A stretch of 18,581 bases of DNA from Calditrichaceae bacterium (GTDB lineage: Bacteria > Calditrichota > Calditrichia > Calditrichales > JBFXGD01), in the NCBI GenBank assembly GCA_050178385.1, contig JBFXGD010000044.1, forward strand, positions 3,864 through 22,444, in the 5' to 3' direction. The notes beneath the pieces are model-generated. The model had not been told where the DNA came from. It saw only the letters and a list, made by a program, of their open reading frames with translations, and searched no databases. This document shows positions 17,160 through 18,581 of the stretch, piece by piece (within the stretch, counting starts at the first letter, position 1; the number at the start of each line of letters is the position of its first letter). The position numbers and the translations under genes are program-made.

Positions 17160-17200
17160 AAAGCTTTAAGATGGAATACCCATCTTAAAGCTTTTTTTTT
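17160..17200 (+). terminator. Rho-independent terminator
   Basis: A perfect 15-bp stem AAAGCTTTAAGATGG / CCATCTTAAAGCTTT with loop AATAC, and a T-run from 17192 to 17200. Confidence 0.9.
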
Positions 17201-17225
17201 ATCTGTTTTTTAATTATCTTGACAG

Positions 17226-17693
17226 ATGATTATAGGGTTGATTTCAGATACGCACAATATTCTGCCGGAAAAAATATTTAGTATATTTGAAAATGCAGAT
17301 TATATCATCCATGCCGGTGATGTCGGCTCTAATGATATATTAGTTAATCTGGAAACCATTGCGCCGGTTAAGGCCGTTTACGGAAATATGGATTCATTCC
17401 CTTTGGTTAGCGATTATAAAAGAATGGAGATATTTAACCTGGCGGGATGGTCATTCTGTTTAATTCATTCGATAAGCAGCACCAGATCTTTTGCATATGA
17501 ATTATTTAAAATGCAGAAGAAAATAGATATTGTAATCTTTGGCCACACCCATCAAAAAGAGCACACGGTTTTTAATGGAATTCAATTTATCAACCCGGGT
17601 AGTGCTTCAAAGCCAAGACACTCGGTTAAAGGATCTGTGGCCCTATTACAATTAAACAAAAATGATATAGAAGTTCGATTTGTTCATATATAA
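17226..17693 (+). CDS. YfcE/MJ0936-family metallophosphoesterase
   Basis: It has 'ISDTH', 'IHAGDV', 'AVYGNMD', 'GHTH' and 'INPGS'. Confidence 0.92.
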   Translation: MIIGLISDTHNILPEKIFSIFENADYIIHAGDVGSNDILVNLETIAPVKAVYGNMDSFPLVSDYKRMEIFNLAGWSFCLIHSISSTRSFAYELFKMQKKIDIVIFGHTHQKEHTVFNGIQFINPGSASKPRHSVKGSVALLQLNKNDIEVRFVHI

Positions 17694-17729
17694 AAAAAGA
17701 GTCAATTCGATTATGAATTGACTCTTTTT
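17694..17729. terminator. Bidirectional rho-independent terminator
   Basis: AAAAAGAGTCAATTC-GATTAT-GAATTGACTCTTTTT is a perfect 15-bp inverted repeat between convergent genes. Confidence 0.9.
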
Positions 17730-17732
17730 GGT

Positions 17733-17927
17733 TTATCCGTAAATTTCTTTCTCATTGCATTTGCAGACACCGATGTTTTGTTCCTGAAAACGGTATGCGC
17801 CTTCTTTTTTGGAAGGAACAACTTTGACCGTTAATGCATGTGAATAAAATTCTCCGCATACGGGGCAGGATTTTCCGTGTCTTGCCATCTTCAGCGTCTT
17901 GCTGACGAAATCTTGTTTCTTAGCCAT
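17733..17927 (-). CDS. 64-aa basic Cys4 protein, DUF4295 / ribosomal protein bL38-like
   Basis: It has a strong GGAGGA RBS, a Lys-rich 'MAKK' start, CPVC and CKC, and 'KVVPSKKEGAYRFQE', which resembles the DUF4295 beta-hairpin motif as I recall it. Confidence 0.6.
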   Translation of the reverse strand: MAKKQDFVSKTLKMARHGKSCPVCGEFYSHALTVKVVPSKKEGAYRFQEQNIGVCKCNEKEIYG

Positions 17928-17959
17928 TATTTATCCTCCGGCTGATTGTTAATCAAATC

Positions 17960-18581
17960 TTAATTTTTAAAAAAACGTTCAATTGTATGTGAAAAGAGAT
18001 TGCTGTATTCTGTTAATAAATTTTTATGTTCATCTTTGTACTTCCCCGCAATTTCGTGTTCAAGGGTAATCATACCAACAGCCTCTGAACCGAGGCGGAT
18101 AGGCACAGAAAGAAACGAACGCAATCCATGATTGGATTTTTCCTGCTTTGAAAATCGCGGTATAAAGTAATCGCCTTTATCAATATTATCTATTAAATAA
18201 GGTTTATTTTTTAGTATTACCCACCCGTTTAAGCCATCATCAAGAAGAAATTGATAGCCTCTTCTGAATGGATCGTCAATACCGACAGCTTTATTAATTA
18301 CTGCTCTGTCCGTCTGTCCCCCTTCAATGTCCTTTGTGGCGATAGTTAATTTGGACGCTTCAAATTCAGTTGCCAGAAAGTCGACAAAAAAATCAATACA
18401 TTCATTGAAATTTCTTCCGGTATTTAGATATTTTGCAAGCTTGAGATTACGTCCATCAAGATCATACCTGAGAAGAGTACTTTTATACTGAAGTTTTGTT
18501 GTCACTGCCGACCGGGTGTTTTGATTAATTTGCTGCAAAACCGGCGCATCTTCCAAATTGAAAAAACTGGGTGTATCTGCG
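17960..18581 (-). CDS. GAF-domain protein, C-terminal part (5' end beyond the window)
   Basis: It has the GAF-like 'GLNGWVILKNKPYLIDN' and 'RSFLSVPI...AVGMITLE'. The reading frame stays open from the TTG at 18556 to the window edge. Confidence 0.8.
   Translation of the reverse strand, partial: ADTPSFFNLEDAPVLQQINQNTRSAVTTKLQYKSTLLRYDLDGRNLKLAKYLNTGRNFNECIDFFVDFLATEFEASKLTIATKDIEGGQTDRAVINKAVGIDDPFRRGYQFLLDDGLNGWVILKNKPYLIDNIDKGDYFIPRFSKQEKSNHGLRSFLSVPIRLGSEAVGMITLEHEIAGKYKDEHKNLLTEYSNLFSHTIERFFKN

Overview
This is a bacterial chromosomal window of moderate-to-low GC with clear Shine-Dalgarno signals. The gene mix suggests a Calditrichota/FCB-type lineage, but that is inference only. Most of it is housekeeping: a CDF metal exporter, AMMECR1/AmmeMemoRadiSam protein A, a short RecQ, an EamA transporter, lhgO, holB-ricT, a tonB-exbB-exbD-type motor, a divergent homoserine dehydrogenase, an FAHD1-like hydrolase, pfkA, mazG, a YfcE-like phosphoesterase and a 5'-truncated GAF protein. 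The most interesting element is an apparently complete sigma-54 circuit at 13.9-17.2 kb. A soluble His kinase and an NtrC/PrsR-like activator are followed directly by two dyad sites 32 bp apart, an IHF-like site and a -24/-12 promoter. That promoter would drive a small operon: a 71-aa unknown protein, a G9 tract at the next RBS, a pseudo-receiver, a 30-codon hydrophobic sORF or structured RNA, and a strong terminator. Also notable are a 64-aa Cys4 protein resembling ribosomal protein bL38/DUF4295, motif substitutions in the homoserine dehydrogenase, and a structured segment upstream of tonB. No rRNA, tRNA, CRISPR or mobile element was recognised.
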